Part shown: in pieces, positions 55,825 through 63,971 of the stretch
How the letters are laid out: each line of letters opens with the position of its first letter
Position numbering within the stretch: position 1 is the stretch's first letter
NCBI GenBank assembly: GCA_965212075.1
Contig: OZ243043.1
Location: 158,797 to 222,796, forward strand
From: Alphaproteobacteria bacterium
GTDB taxonomy: Bacteria; Pseudomonadota; Alphaproteobacteria; JAPOUT01; G958296285
DNA length: 64,000 nt
Direction of reading: 5' to 3'
Translations under genes and position numbers: made by a program
Notes under the pieces: generated by a model
Told to the model about the DNA's origin: nothing
Database searches by the model: none
What the model saw: the letters and a program-made list of their open reading frames with translations, nothing else

Positions 55825-57069
55825 ATGAGAAAGGAGATGAAAATGTTGACGATATTACTGCGCTTTGGATCATTGCGCTTTGGCTTGGTTTTATGTTTTT
55901 GTGGGCTCGCTGTCGGCTGCGGTGGTGGTGGAGGCGGCAGCACGGTCCCATCGGGTCCGATGTCCCCGTCGGGTCCGATGTCCTCGACGGGAACGCCTGA
56001 TCCTTTTTTCATGGCGGACGGTGCATTTGAGAGGAACAATGGCGGGGCGAGCATCGTTGGTATGACAGAGATGAACTATCTGCGCACGGAGATATTGGGC
56101 GTGACAATTTCTGGCGTGTCCGCTGGCGATACTTCGTTTGATATTAACCTGCCGCCTGCAGATGTCAAAAGAGCGTGGCGCGATGGCTGGACGGGCGAAG
56201 GCGTTCCGGCAATGATCATTGACTGTTTTGAGGTTTCTGATGCTTGCGAATCGCATGGTTATGCTGTTTTGTTTTCGCTTTTGGCGAGCGCGCCGCGGGC
56301 GAACATCTATGTAACGGATTCAGGTACTGGCGATCTAGACTATGGAGATCGCGGTGTGCTCGGTGCATTTCGGGCTAATCAGCCTGTGAGGTCTGTAACG
56401 TCTTTTCGTGTGGTCAATGTGAGCTTTAACTTTAACCCGGTGGATGATGCTGCTGAAAGGGAGATGGCTGTCGCAGACTATCAAAGAGATGATCCCGTTT
56501 TTCAGGATTTGAGAGGCGATGGACCTATTTTAGACCGCCGTGCGGCGGATGCGGTGGTGACGCAGGCGGCGAGCAATGAAGAGGGCGATGATACGGGTCA
56601 TATACCGGACATTCTCGCTCATGTGCGCGATGATAGTATAAGGCCGCGCCTTTTGCTCGTCGGCGCGACGCAGGGCTATTATAATGATGGTGCGGGCGCG
56701 GACATCGCTTCTTACAGCAATATTGCTGGCAGCAATCCGGATATTCGCGCGCGCTTTGTTTTGGCGAATGGGGACGCACCGTTTAGCGCGCTGGTAAGGA
56801 TTAGCGACGGGTCTTCTTCCCCCATAGATGTCGATCCCAGCGACGAGCGCACCTCCGGCACGTCGTTTGCCGCGCCGCGGGTCGCGGGTTATGCGGCGCT
56901 TGTGCGGCAAAAGTTCCCGAACCTGACGGGAGTCAATACGGCGGACATTATATTGGACACGGCGACTTATGAAGGTCTGGTCTGCAATCCTAATTGTGCA
57001 GAAAACATTTACGGTCAGGGGCGCGTGGATATAGGCGCTGCGCTTGCCCCCAGCGGTTCAATGAGATAG
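55825..57069 (+). CDS. subtilase (S8)-like lipoprotein, subtype B, copy 2
   Basis: The lipobox is LAVGC, followed by GGGGGGS and a (PSGPMS)x2 tether. Candidate catalytic residues are D (PAMIIDCF), H (ESHGYAV), N (QAASNEEG) and S (GTSFAAPRVAGYAALV). The ATG at 55843 after AAGGAG is a likely alternative start. Confidence 0.75.
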   Translation: MRKEMKMLTILLRFGSLRFGLVLCFCGLAVGCGGGGGGSTVPSGPMSPSGPMSSTGTPDPFFMADGAFERNNGGASIVGMTEMNYLRTEILGVTISGVSAGDTSFDINLPPADVKRAWRDGWTGEGVPAMIIDCFEVSDACESHGYAVLFSLLASAPRANIYVTDSGTGDLDYGDRGVLGAFRANQPVRSVTSFRVVNVSFNFNPVDDAAEREMAVADYQRDDPVFQDLRGDGPILDRRAADAVVTQAASNEEGDDTGHIPDILAHVRDDSIRPRLLLVGATQGYYNDGAGADIASYSNIAGSNPDIRARFVLANGDAPFSALVRISDGSSSPIDVDPSDERTSGTSFAAPRVAGYAALVRQKFPNLTGVNTADIILDTATYEGLVCNPNCAENIYGQGRVDIGAALAPSGSMR

Positions 57070-57078
57070 GAGGTAGAT

Positions 57079-57693
57079 ATGTTGTTGCGACTCTGTTTTA
57101 TTTTGTGTTTTTGTTTTGTCAGCGCAGCGCCCGCCTTTGCGGCGGATGATGCGCATCGGCGGATGTTGGCGCGCTTTGCGCTGGCCGCCGAGCGGCAAAA
57201 TTTAAAACCGGCTCTGCCTTGGATCACGCGATTCAGTTTTGAGAATAGGCCTGCCGAGCTCACTTTGGCGGACGGGCAATATCTTTATCGCCGCCCGGAG
57301 GTCGTGCACTCGGCCTATGATAGCTCGGTGACCCATGATCTCGGGCATTTTTATCGGCCTTCCAAGCCGCGCATGAATATGGTTGCTCATTATAGCGGCT
57401 GGCATAAGGGCGAGGTTTTCACTTTCGGCTTTGATACGGGGTTTTCTGCGGCGAAGATTAAGATGGAGCCAGCGTTTTTCATAGGCTATACGCGGGCGTT
57501 TCAGGTCGCAGAGCTGACTCATATCACTTTGGGTGTGGGCTCTTGGTTTGGCGGCAGGGTTTCGGAAAAGCCTTGTTTGGATTCTTACGATCGGGAATAT
57601 TGGTGTCCGGCGCTGACCGCGTGGACGGATTACGCGCCGCCGCGCCGCCGCTTAAGCCGTTATGTTCATGTCGTTTTGACCCGCCGCTTTTAA
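57079..57693 (+). CDS. secreted beta-rich orphan protein, possible small outer-membrane beta-barrel
   Basis: 204 aa with a Sec signal peptide (MLLRLCFILCFCFVSAAPAFA/AD). It has alternating hydrophobic stretches (VFTFGFDTGF, AFFIGYTRAF, HITLGVGSWFGG, YVHVVLTRRF) and a C-terminal Phe. It is translationally coupled to the S8 array (GGAGG, then ATG 10 nt after the upstream stop). Confidence 0.5.
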   Translation: MLLRLCFILCFCFVSAAPAFAADDAHRRMLARFALAAERQNLKPALPWITRFSFENRPAELTLADGQYLYRRPEVVHSAYDSSVTHDLGHFYRPSKPRMNMVAHYSGWHKGEVFTFGFDTGFSAAKIKMEPAFFIGYTRAFQVAELTHITLGVGSWFGGRVSEKPCLDSYDREYWCPALTAWTDYAPPRRRLSRYVHVVLTRRF

Positions 57694-57715
57694 CGGCGCG
57701 GGCAGCAAAAAGGTT

Positions 57716-58630
57716 TTAGACGGGCTCCCAGTCAAACACGCCGCCGGTATGCTCCAAGCCGGGCGCGGTGCCGCTAATTGCGGGGAAGCCGTGTGAGAGC
57801 AGAGTTTCCGCCGTCCATCCTTCCATGCGCGCCGCATTTTGCAGAGGGCGGGGCTGGCTCATCATGACGACTTCATTGCCGCGCGCGACGATCATCTGTC
57901 CGGAGACTTTGCATTGAGGCGCGCTCAGCGCGACCGCGACCTGTGCGACTTGATCGGCGCGGGTCAATTGTTTGATGCGCTCCATGCGCTTGGCGGCTTC
58001 TTCGTCTTTGATCGGGATTGTCGCGATCATGCGCGTCCACGCAAAAGGCGCGATGACGTTGGAGCGGACATTTTTGAGCGCGCCCTCCATCGCGATGATG
58101 CGCGACAGGCCCGCGACGCCCATTTTTGCGGCGGCGTAATTGGCTTGGCCGACATTGCCGATGATGCCCGACGTTGATGTGAACAGCACATAGCTGCCTT
58201 CCTGCTGTTCGCGGAAATGCTCTATTGATGCGCGGCTGATATTGAACGCGCCTTTGAGGTGAACATTGATGATGATGTCCCAATCTTCCTCTGACATTTT
58301 GTGGAACATGCCGTCGCGCAGGATACCGGCGGGAGAGATGACCGCATGGAGGCCGCCAAACGTATCGAGCGCTTGGGCGACCATATTTTTGGCGCCGCTC
58401 ATTTCGGCGATGGTGTCGGAGCTAGCGGCGGCCTCGCCGCCTTGCTTGGCGATTTCATCAACGACAAGCTGCGCGGGAGAGGCATCGCCGCTATCGCCAC
58501 CGGCGACTCCGCCGCCTAAATCATTGACGATGACTTTCGCACCTTCCTTTGCCGCGAGCAGCGCGCATTCGCGTCCGATGCCGCGCGCGCCGCCGGTCAC
58601 CAGCACGACTTTATTGTCTAGAACACCCAT
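57716..58630 (-). CDS. SDR-family oxidoreductase (hydroxyacyl-CoA dehydrogenase-like)
   Basis: 304 aa with VVLVTGGARGIGRECA and the catalytic YAAAKMG motif. Confidence 0.85.
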   Translation of the reverse strand: MGVLDNKVVLVTGGARGIGRECALLAAKEGAKVIVNDLGGGVAGGDSGDASPAQLVVDEIAKQGGEAAASSDTIAEMSGAKNMVAQALDTFGGLHAVISPAGILRDGMFHKMSEEDWDIIINVHLKGAFNISRASIEHFREQQEGSYVLFTSTSGIIGNVGQANYAAAKMGVAGLSRIIAMEGALKNVRSNVIAPFAWTRMIATIPIKDEEAAKRMERIKQLTRADQVAQVAVALSAPQCKVSGQMIVARGNEVVMMSQPRPLQNAARMEGWTAETLLSHGFPAISGTAPGLEHTGGVFDWEPV

Positions 58631-58695
58631 GAGTTATTCTCCCTTTATGTTTTTTCCGGTTTTATGTTATCGGCGAAGCGAAGGCGAGGCAAGCG

Positions 58696-58734
58696 TGAAT
58701 CATTCTTCTGAATCATTCCTCTGAATCATTTTTG
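58696..58734. repeat. 13-bp tandem repeat x3 (TGAATCATTCYTC) overlapping the pgk stop codon
   Basis: tgaatcattcttc tgaatcattcctc tgaatcatttttg. The third unit carries the pgk stop (58726-58728, minus strand). Confidence 0.9.
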
Positions 58735-59961
58735 CCGCAAAGCTGCCGCCAGCGCGGCGATGGCGGGCAGGGATTGGCCTTCAAGCCAGCATAGGAACGC
58801 GCCGCCTGCGGTGGAGATATGGGTGAAATTTTGGCTATGGCCGCTGAGGTTGATGGCTGCGGCGGTTTCGCCGCCTCCGGCGATGGAGATGATGTGATCG
58901 CGCTGGGTAGCTTGCGCGATTTTTGCGGCGACATGTTTGGTGGCTTGATCAAAGGGCGGCGTTTCATAGGCGCCGAGCGGGCCATTCCATACGATCATTT
59001 TTGCCTGATCAATTTCCCGATCAATCAGCGCGAGCGTCTGCGGCCCGATGTCAAGGCAGAACATGCCATCGGGGATGTGATCAATGGTGCAGATTTGGGT
59101 GGCGGCATTGTCGCGCAGAGATTCAGCGATGACGACGTCTTTGGGCAATATGATGCGACAGGATGATCCCGAAGCTTTTTGCAGCAGCGCGCGGGCTTTG
59201 TCCATGGTGTTGTCGTCCACGCGCGCGGTGGATTGGGGCATGAGATTTTGTGCGGCGAGCAGCGCGTTGGCCATCGCGCCGCCAATGATGAGGCCGTCCA
59301 TTTGGCTCGCGAGGTTGAGCAGAATGTTGACTTTGCCGGAAATTTTTGCGCCACCGGCAATGGCGAGGGTCGGATGGGTAGGCGCGCTGAATATATTGTT
59401 GAGCTTGTCCAATTCTTCGCTGAGGCCAAAACCGGCAAAGGCGGGCAGAATATGCGCGAGCGCTTCGGTGGAGGCGTTGGCGCGATGCGCGACCGAAAAG
59501 GCGTCATTGACATAAAAATTTCCGAGTTCAGCTAGCTGGGCGGCGAAATCTGAGTCATTTTTTTCTTCGCCTTGATGGAAGCGGGTATTTTCCAAAACCA
59601 AGATGCCGCCTTCATCAAGCGATGAGATCATATTGCGCGTGCGCTGGCCGATGCAATCGGGTGCGAAGGTGATTTTTTTTTCTAATATGTCTTCAAGCGC
59701 GCCGACGATCGGCGCGAGGCTGAGGTCTTTATGCGGTGCGCCTTGCGGACGGCCAAAATGCGACAAAATCGCAATGCGCGCGCCGCGCGCGCTTAACGCG
59801 CTCAGGCTTGATTGATGGCTTTCAAGCCTCGTCGTATCTTGAACGCAGCCATTTTTGACTGGAATGTTGAGGTCGGCGCGAAACAGCACGGTCTGACCGG
59901 CGAGGTCGTCGCGCAAAAGCTCTGAAAGGCGGCGGAAGGACGCGGGGTGATTTTTTTTCAT
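58726..59961 (-). CDS. pgk: phosphoglycerate kinase
   Basis: 411 aa with VLFRADLNIPV, SHFGRP, and the C-terminal ISTAGGAFLCWLEG. Confidence 0.9.
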   Translation of the reverse strand: MKKNHPASFRRLSELLRDDLAGQTVLFRADLNIPVKNGCVQDTTRLESHQSSLSALSARGARIAILSHFGRPQGAPHKDLSLAPIVGALEDILEKKITFAPDCIGQRTRNMISSLDEGGILVLENTRFHQGEEKNDSDFAAQLAELGNFYVNDAFSVAHRANASTEALAHILPAFAGFGLSEELDKLNNIFSAPTHPTLAIAGGAKISGKVNILLNLASQMDGLIIGGAMANALLAAQNLMPQSTARVDDNTMDKARALLQKASGSSCRIILPKDVVIAESLRDNAATQICTIDHIPDGMFCLDIGPQTLALIDREIDQAKMIVWNGPLGAYETPPFDQATKHVAAKIAQATQRDHIISIAGGGETAAAINLSGHSQNFTHISTAGGAFLCWLEGQSLPAIAALAAALRQK

Positions 59962-59972
59962 ATGAAATCAGC

Positions 59973-60977
59973 TTAAATCAGCGCGCCGAGTTTTTTGGCG
60001 ACGTCGATCATGCGATTGGCGAACCCCCATTCATTATCATACCACGCTAAGACGCGCACGAGATTTTTTTCAATGACATTAGTTTGCGTGAGATCGGCGA
60101 TGGCGGAGGCGCGGTGATGATTAAAATCAACTGAGACGAGCGGCAGTTCATTGATCGCGAGCACTTTTTTGAGTTTGCCGCCCGCCGCTTTGGCGAGGGC
60201 GTTATTTATTTCTTCAATGCTGGTATTTTTTTCGGACTGGATCACGAGGTCAATGAGCGAGACGTTGGGCGTTGGGACGCGCAGGGCGCATCCGGCGATT
60301 TTACCGGCGAGTTCGGGCATGACGAGCGCGATGGCTTTGGCCGCGCCGGTGGAGGTGGGAATGATGGACGCCGCCGCCGTGCGCGCGCGCCGCGGGTCTT
60401 GATGTGCGACGTCAAGGATTGATTGATCGCTGGTATAGGCGTGAATGGTCGTCATATGGCCGTGTTTGATGCCGCACGTCTCATGCAGCACCATGGCGAC
60501 GGGTGCGAGGCAGTTGGTCGTGCAGGATGCGTTGGAGATCACGCCGTGATTTTTGTTCAGTATGCTGTCATTGACGCCAAAGACGATGGTCGCATCAGCA
60601 TTGCCTGAAGGTCCGGAGATCAAAACTTTTTTTGCGCCCGCTTCAAGATGGGCTTGAGCTTTTTGGCGATCGGTGAAGATGCCGGTGGCTTCAAGCACGA
60701 CATCTACGTCAAGCTCTTTCCATGGCAATTTTGCCGGATCGCGCTCGCGCAGAGATTTGATCTGATGTCCGGCGACATGAAGCTCTCCGTTTTGTTTTTC
60801 AACCGGAAAAGGCAGAGGGCCATGGGTTGAATCATGCTGGAGCAGATGCGCATTGATGTTGGTGTCGCCCAGATCGTTGATGGCGACGCAGCGCAGATTT
60901 TGCTCCTGCGCCTCTAAGGCGGCGCGCAAGCTCAACCGGCCAATCCGGCCAAATCCATTGATGGCGATGCGCAGCAT
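59973..60977 (-). CDS. gap: type I glyceraldehyde-3-phosphate dehydrogenase
   Basis: 334 aa with INGFGRIGRL, the active site SNASCTTNCLAP, and WYDNEWGF. Confidence 0.95.
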   Translation of the reverse strand: MLRIAINGFGRIGRLSLRAALEAQEQNLRCVAINDLGDTNINAHLLQHDSTHGPLPFPVEKQNGELHVAGHQIKSLRERDPAKLPWKELDVDVVLEATGIFTDRQKAQAHLEAGAKKVLISGPSGNADATIVFGVNDSILNKNHGVISNASCTTNCLAPVAMVLHETCGIKHGHMTTIHAYTSDQSILDVAHQDPRRARTAAASIIPTSTGAAKAIALVMPELAGKIAGCALRVPTPNVSLIDLVIQSEKNTSIEEINNALAKAAGGKLKKVLAINELPLVSVDFNHHRASAIADLTQTNVIEKNLVRVLAWYDNEWGFANRMIDVAKKLGALI

Positions 60978-61018
60978 GATGTCCCCCTCTTTTTCCTTTT
61001 TGTCTTTAGTTTTTTGTT

Positions 61019-63154
61019 TTAGTCTTTTTTCTCTTTGGACTTTTCAAATTTTTCCTTATTTTTTTCAATGGCGTCAAGCACGGTTTCGGCGATGGCTTCG
61101 GGCGTGAGGCCGAAATGAGGGAAAAGTTTTTCGCCTGCGCCGCTGGCGCCGAAATTTTTGAGGCCGATGAAGATCGTCTCGCCGCCGGCGACGCGCTGCC
61201 AGTTGCTTTCAGCCGCCGCCTCAATGACGACGCGGACATTGCTGTCGCCTAGGATTTCCGCCTGATATTCGGGCGGCTGCGCGGCGAAAATATCTAGGCA
61301 GGGAATGGAGATGACGCGCGTAGCGATGCGCTTGGCCGTGAGCAGGCGGCGCGCTTCTAGCGCGAGGCTGACTTCCGAGCCGCTGGCGATCAAAGTGGCA
61401 TCTTCTGCGCCGTCAACGCCGCGCAGCTGGTAAGCGCCTTGGCGGCTGCGATTTTCTTCGCTTTGCGCGCCGCGTAATGTCGGGACATTTTGGCGCGTCA
61501 GCAATATGGCGGAGGGGTTGTTTTTCTGCCGAATGGCGATGTCCCAACATTCGGCGGTTTCAACGGCGTCAGCGGGGCGCAGGACATTGAGGCCGGGGAT
61601 CGCGCGCAGAGCGGCGAGATGTTCAATGGGCTGGTGGGTCGGGCCGTCTTCGCCGAGGCCAATAGAATCATGGGTGAAGACATAGATGACTCGCAGCCCC
61701 ATCAAAGCGGCGAGGCGAATTGACGGGCGGCAATAATCGCTGAACACGAGGAACGTGCCGCCATAGGGCAGCATGCCGCCATGCGCGGCGATGCCGTTCA
61801 TGATCGCGCCCATAGCATGTTCGCGCACACCATAATGGATATAGCGTCCGCCGTGATTTTCGGCGGAAAGAGTTTGCAGCTCTTTGGGCTTTGTGTTGGT
61901 TGACTCGGTGAGGTCAGCCGCGCCGCCGACCATGCCGGGCAGCAGCTCGCTCAAAGTTTCAATCACAGCGCCGGAAGCTTTGCGCGTTGCGAGACTTTTT
62001 TCGCGCGAAAGCATGCGCTTGCACTGGCTGATTGCGCGCGCGGTGCCGTCGGGGAGGTCGTTATTTTGCCGGCGCATGATTTCGCTTTTGATGTTTTCCG
62101 GCAGAGCATCCCATGTTTTTTGCCATGGGCCGCTTTTTTTGGCGATGCGCAGGCCGGCGATGCGCCATGCGTCAAGGATTTTTCCGGGCACTTCAAAAGG
62201 GGCGGCAGACCAGTTGAGCGCTTGGCGCGTGGCGGCGACTTCCTCAGCGCCGAGTGCGGCGCCATGGCTGTGATGTGTGCCTTCTTTATTGGGCGCGCCG
62301 AAGCCGATTTTTGTCTGGCACGAGATCAAAGAGGGCTTTTCGGCTTTTTGCGCTTCACGAACGGCGCTGGTGATGGCATCGGGATCGTGGCCGTCAACGA
62401 TGACGCTATGCCAGCCCGCGCTTTCAAAGCGCGCGAGCACATCGCCGCTTCCGGCGAGCGCGATATCGCCGTCAATGGTGATCTGGTTATTGTCATGAAA
62501 CACAATGAGCCGCGCAAGTTTGAGATGTCCGGCCAAAGAGATCGCTTCATGGCTGATGCCTTCCATCAGATCGCCGTCGCTGGCGAGCACATAGGTCCAA
62601 TGATTAACGATGTCATCATTGATGGCACTGAGCGTGCTGTGCATTTGACGTTCGGCGATTGCCATGCCGACCGCCATGCCCAGCCCCTGTCCGAGAGGTC
62701 CGGTGGTCACTTCAACGCCGGGCAGGCAGCCGCGCTCGGGATGGCCCGGCGTGCGTGATCCGAGCTGGCGGAAATTTTTCAAATCATCAATCGTCACGCC
62801 TTCCACGCCGATCAGATAAAGCAGCGCGTAAAGAAGCATCGCGCCATGACCGGCGGAGAGCACAAAGCGATCGCGGTTGGGCCAATCAGGCCTATGCGGA
62901 TCAAAGCTGATGAAGTTCGTCCATAAAGCGGTGATGATGTCAGCGGCACCCATCGGCATGCCCGGATGGCCGGACTTCGCCGCTTCCACCGCGTCAATCG
63001 CGAGAAAGCGCAAAGCATTTGCCATTTCTTGCGGAGAAATGTCGCTGCTCTGCGCGGCGGCGAGGTTAGGAGCTTGACTTTCGCCCTCCGGCTTTTTGGA
63101 GGACGAAATCACCTGTCCGGCACCTAAAAGGGTGGTTCGGTGGCTGCTGCTCAT
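61019..63154 (-). CDS. tkt: transketolase
   Basis: 711 aa with the ThDP motifs SGHPGMPMG and GDGDLMEGISHEA-like (SDGDLMEGISHEA), plus FTHDSIGLGEDGPTHQPIEH. It has an unusual Lys/Glu-rich C-terminal tail (EKNKEKFEKSKEKKD). The N-terminal 40 aa may be over-extended. Confidence 0.9.
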   Translation of the reverse strand: MSSSHRTTLLGAGQVISSSKKPEGESQAPNLAAAQSSDISPQEMANALRFLAIDAVEAAKSGHPGMPMGAADIITALWTNFISFDPHRPDWPNRDRFVLSAGHGAMLLYALLYLIGVEGVTIDDLKNFRQLGSRTPGHPERGCLPGVEVTTGPLGQGLGMAVGMAIAERQMHSTLSAINDDIVNHWTYVLASDGDLMEGISHEAISLAGHLKLARLIVFHDNNQITIDGDIALAGSGDVLARFESAGWHSVIVDGHDPDAITSAVREAQKAEKPSLISCQTKIGFGAPNKEGTHHSHGAALGAEEVAATRQALNWSAAPFEVPGKILDAWRIAGLRIAKKSGPWQKTWDALPENIKSEIMRRQNNDLPDGTARAISQCKRMLSREKSLATRKASGAVIETLSELLPGMVGGAADLTESTNTKPKELQTLSAENHGGRYIHYGVREHAMGAIMNGIAAHGGMLPYGGTFLVFSDYCRPSIRLAALMGLRVIYVFTHDSIGLGEDGPTHQPIEHLAALRAIPGLNVLRPADAVETAECWDIAIRQKNNPSAILLTRQNVPTLRGAQSEENRSRQGAYQLRGVDGAEDATLIASGSEVSLALEARRLLTAKRIATRVISIPCLDIFAAQPPEYQAEILGDSNVRVVIEAAAESNWQRVAGGETIFIGLKNFGASGAGEKLFPHFGLTPEAIAETVLDAIEKNKEKFEKSKEKKD

Positions 63155-63398
63155 AAAAACTCCTAAAAGTTATTTTTGTTAACCCTTTCGGTTAACCCTT
63201 TCGCGGATGCTCCACGCCATAGGGACGCAGAGCGGCGATAAAGTCAAGTCTATCATGTTTATGGCATATTCATCTGTTATAGCATTTCTGGGCGCAAAAG
63301 GTTGACGCGCACAGCGCTTGCCGTTTAGCCTCAAGAATCAATCAAAAACGAATCAGATGTCTATAAATATGGATTGGGCAATATGGATTTAGAACCTC

Positions 63399-63968
63399 AT
63401 GGATTTTGAACCTCAAAATCACATTTATCCACAATTAGATAATTCGCGGGTAGATAATTCGCGGGTAGATAATTCGCGGGTAGATAATTCGCAGGCAGAT
63501 TATGCGGATCGCGGTCATATTCTTGCGGGTGCGGCGGCGCAATTGGGCAAAGCGATTGGCGAGCTGGAACTTGTCTGTGCGTCTGCGCGCGCGCGCGCCG
63601 ATCAAAAGAAAATGGCGGTTGAGCAGCGTCTAGAGCAGCATATTCAATCTCTGAAAGTGCAATCGGCCTATTGGCAGCGGGAAGCTGAAAAGCAAGCCGC
63701 CGCGCATGCCGAGCTGCATGAGCAGCAAAGTAAAGTGCAGCAAGCCGAGATAGAAAGCTGGCGTCAAAAAGTAGCATCGTGGCAGGAGAAGGCCGAGTCT
63801 TGGAAAGAGGAAGCGCGCCGTGCGGAAGAAGCGCGCGTGGCGGCATTGCATAATGTCGGCAGCGCCGAGGTCAAAGCGCTGGCGTCTGAGGCGAGTGAGT
63901 CGATTGATCATGCACTCGCGCATATTCACGCGGCGCTGGAACGCAAAAAGTCGCGTGCAGAGGGCTGA
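63399..63968 (+). CDS. coiled-coil protein, DUF4164-like (upstream partner of zapA)
   Basis: 189 aa. The N-terminus contains (DNSRV)x3 from 15-bp repeats. The remainder is heptad-rich (WQREAEKQAAAHAELHEQQSKVQQAEIESWRQKVASWQEKAESWKEEA). The position just before a ZapA-like start is typical of alphaproteobacteria. The start codon is uncertain. Confidence 0.5.
   Translation: MDFEPQNHIYPQLDNSRVDNSRVDNSRVDNSQADYADRGHILAGAAAQLGKAIGELELVCASARARADQKKMAVEQRLEQHIQSLKVQSAYWQREAEKQAAAHAELHEQQSKVQQAEIESWRQKVASWQEKAESWKEEARRAEEARVAALHNVGSAEVKALASEASESIDHALAHIHAALERKKSRAEG
63436..63495. repeat. 15-bp tandem repeat x4 (TAGATAATTCGCGGG)
   Basis: Read directly. The units are in frame within the 63399 ORF. 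Confidence 0.9.
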
Positions 63969-63971
63969 GCG

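Noticed and set aside
57079-57693. Calling the fifth gene of the S8 operon a PagL-like lipid A deacylase because of an AHYSGW motif resembling the PagL HxS catalytic motif
   Set aside because: In PagL the His-x-Ser motif lies near the C-terminus, whereas here it is mid-protein, and no other PagL features are evident. The resemblance is too weak, so the gene stays an orphan beta-rich protein.
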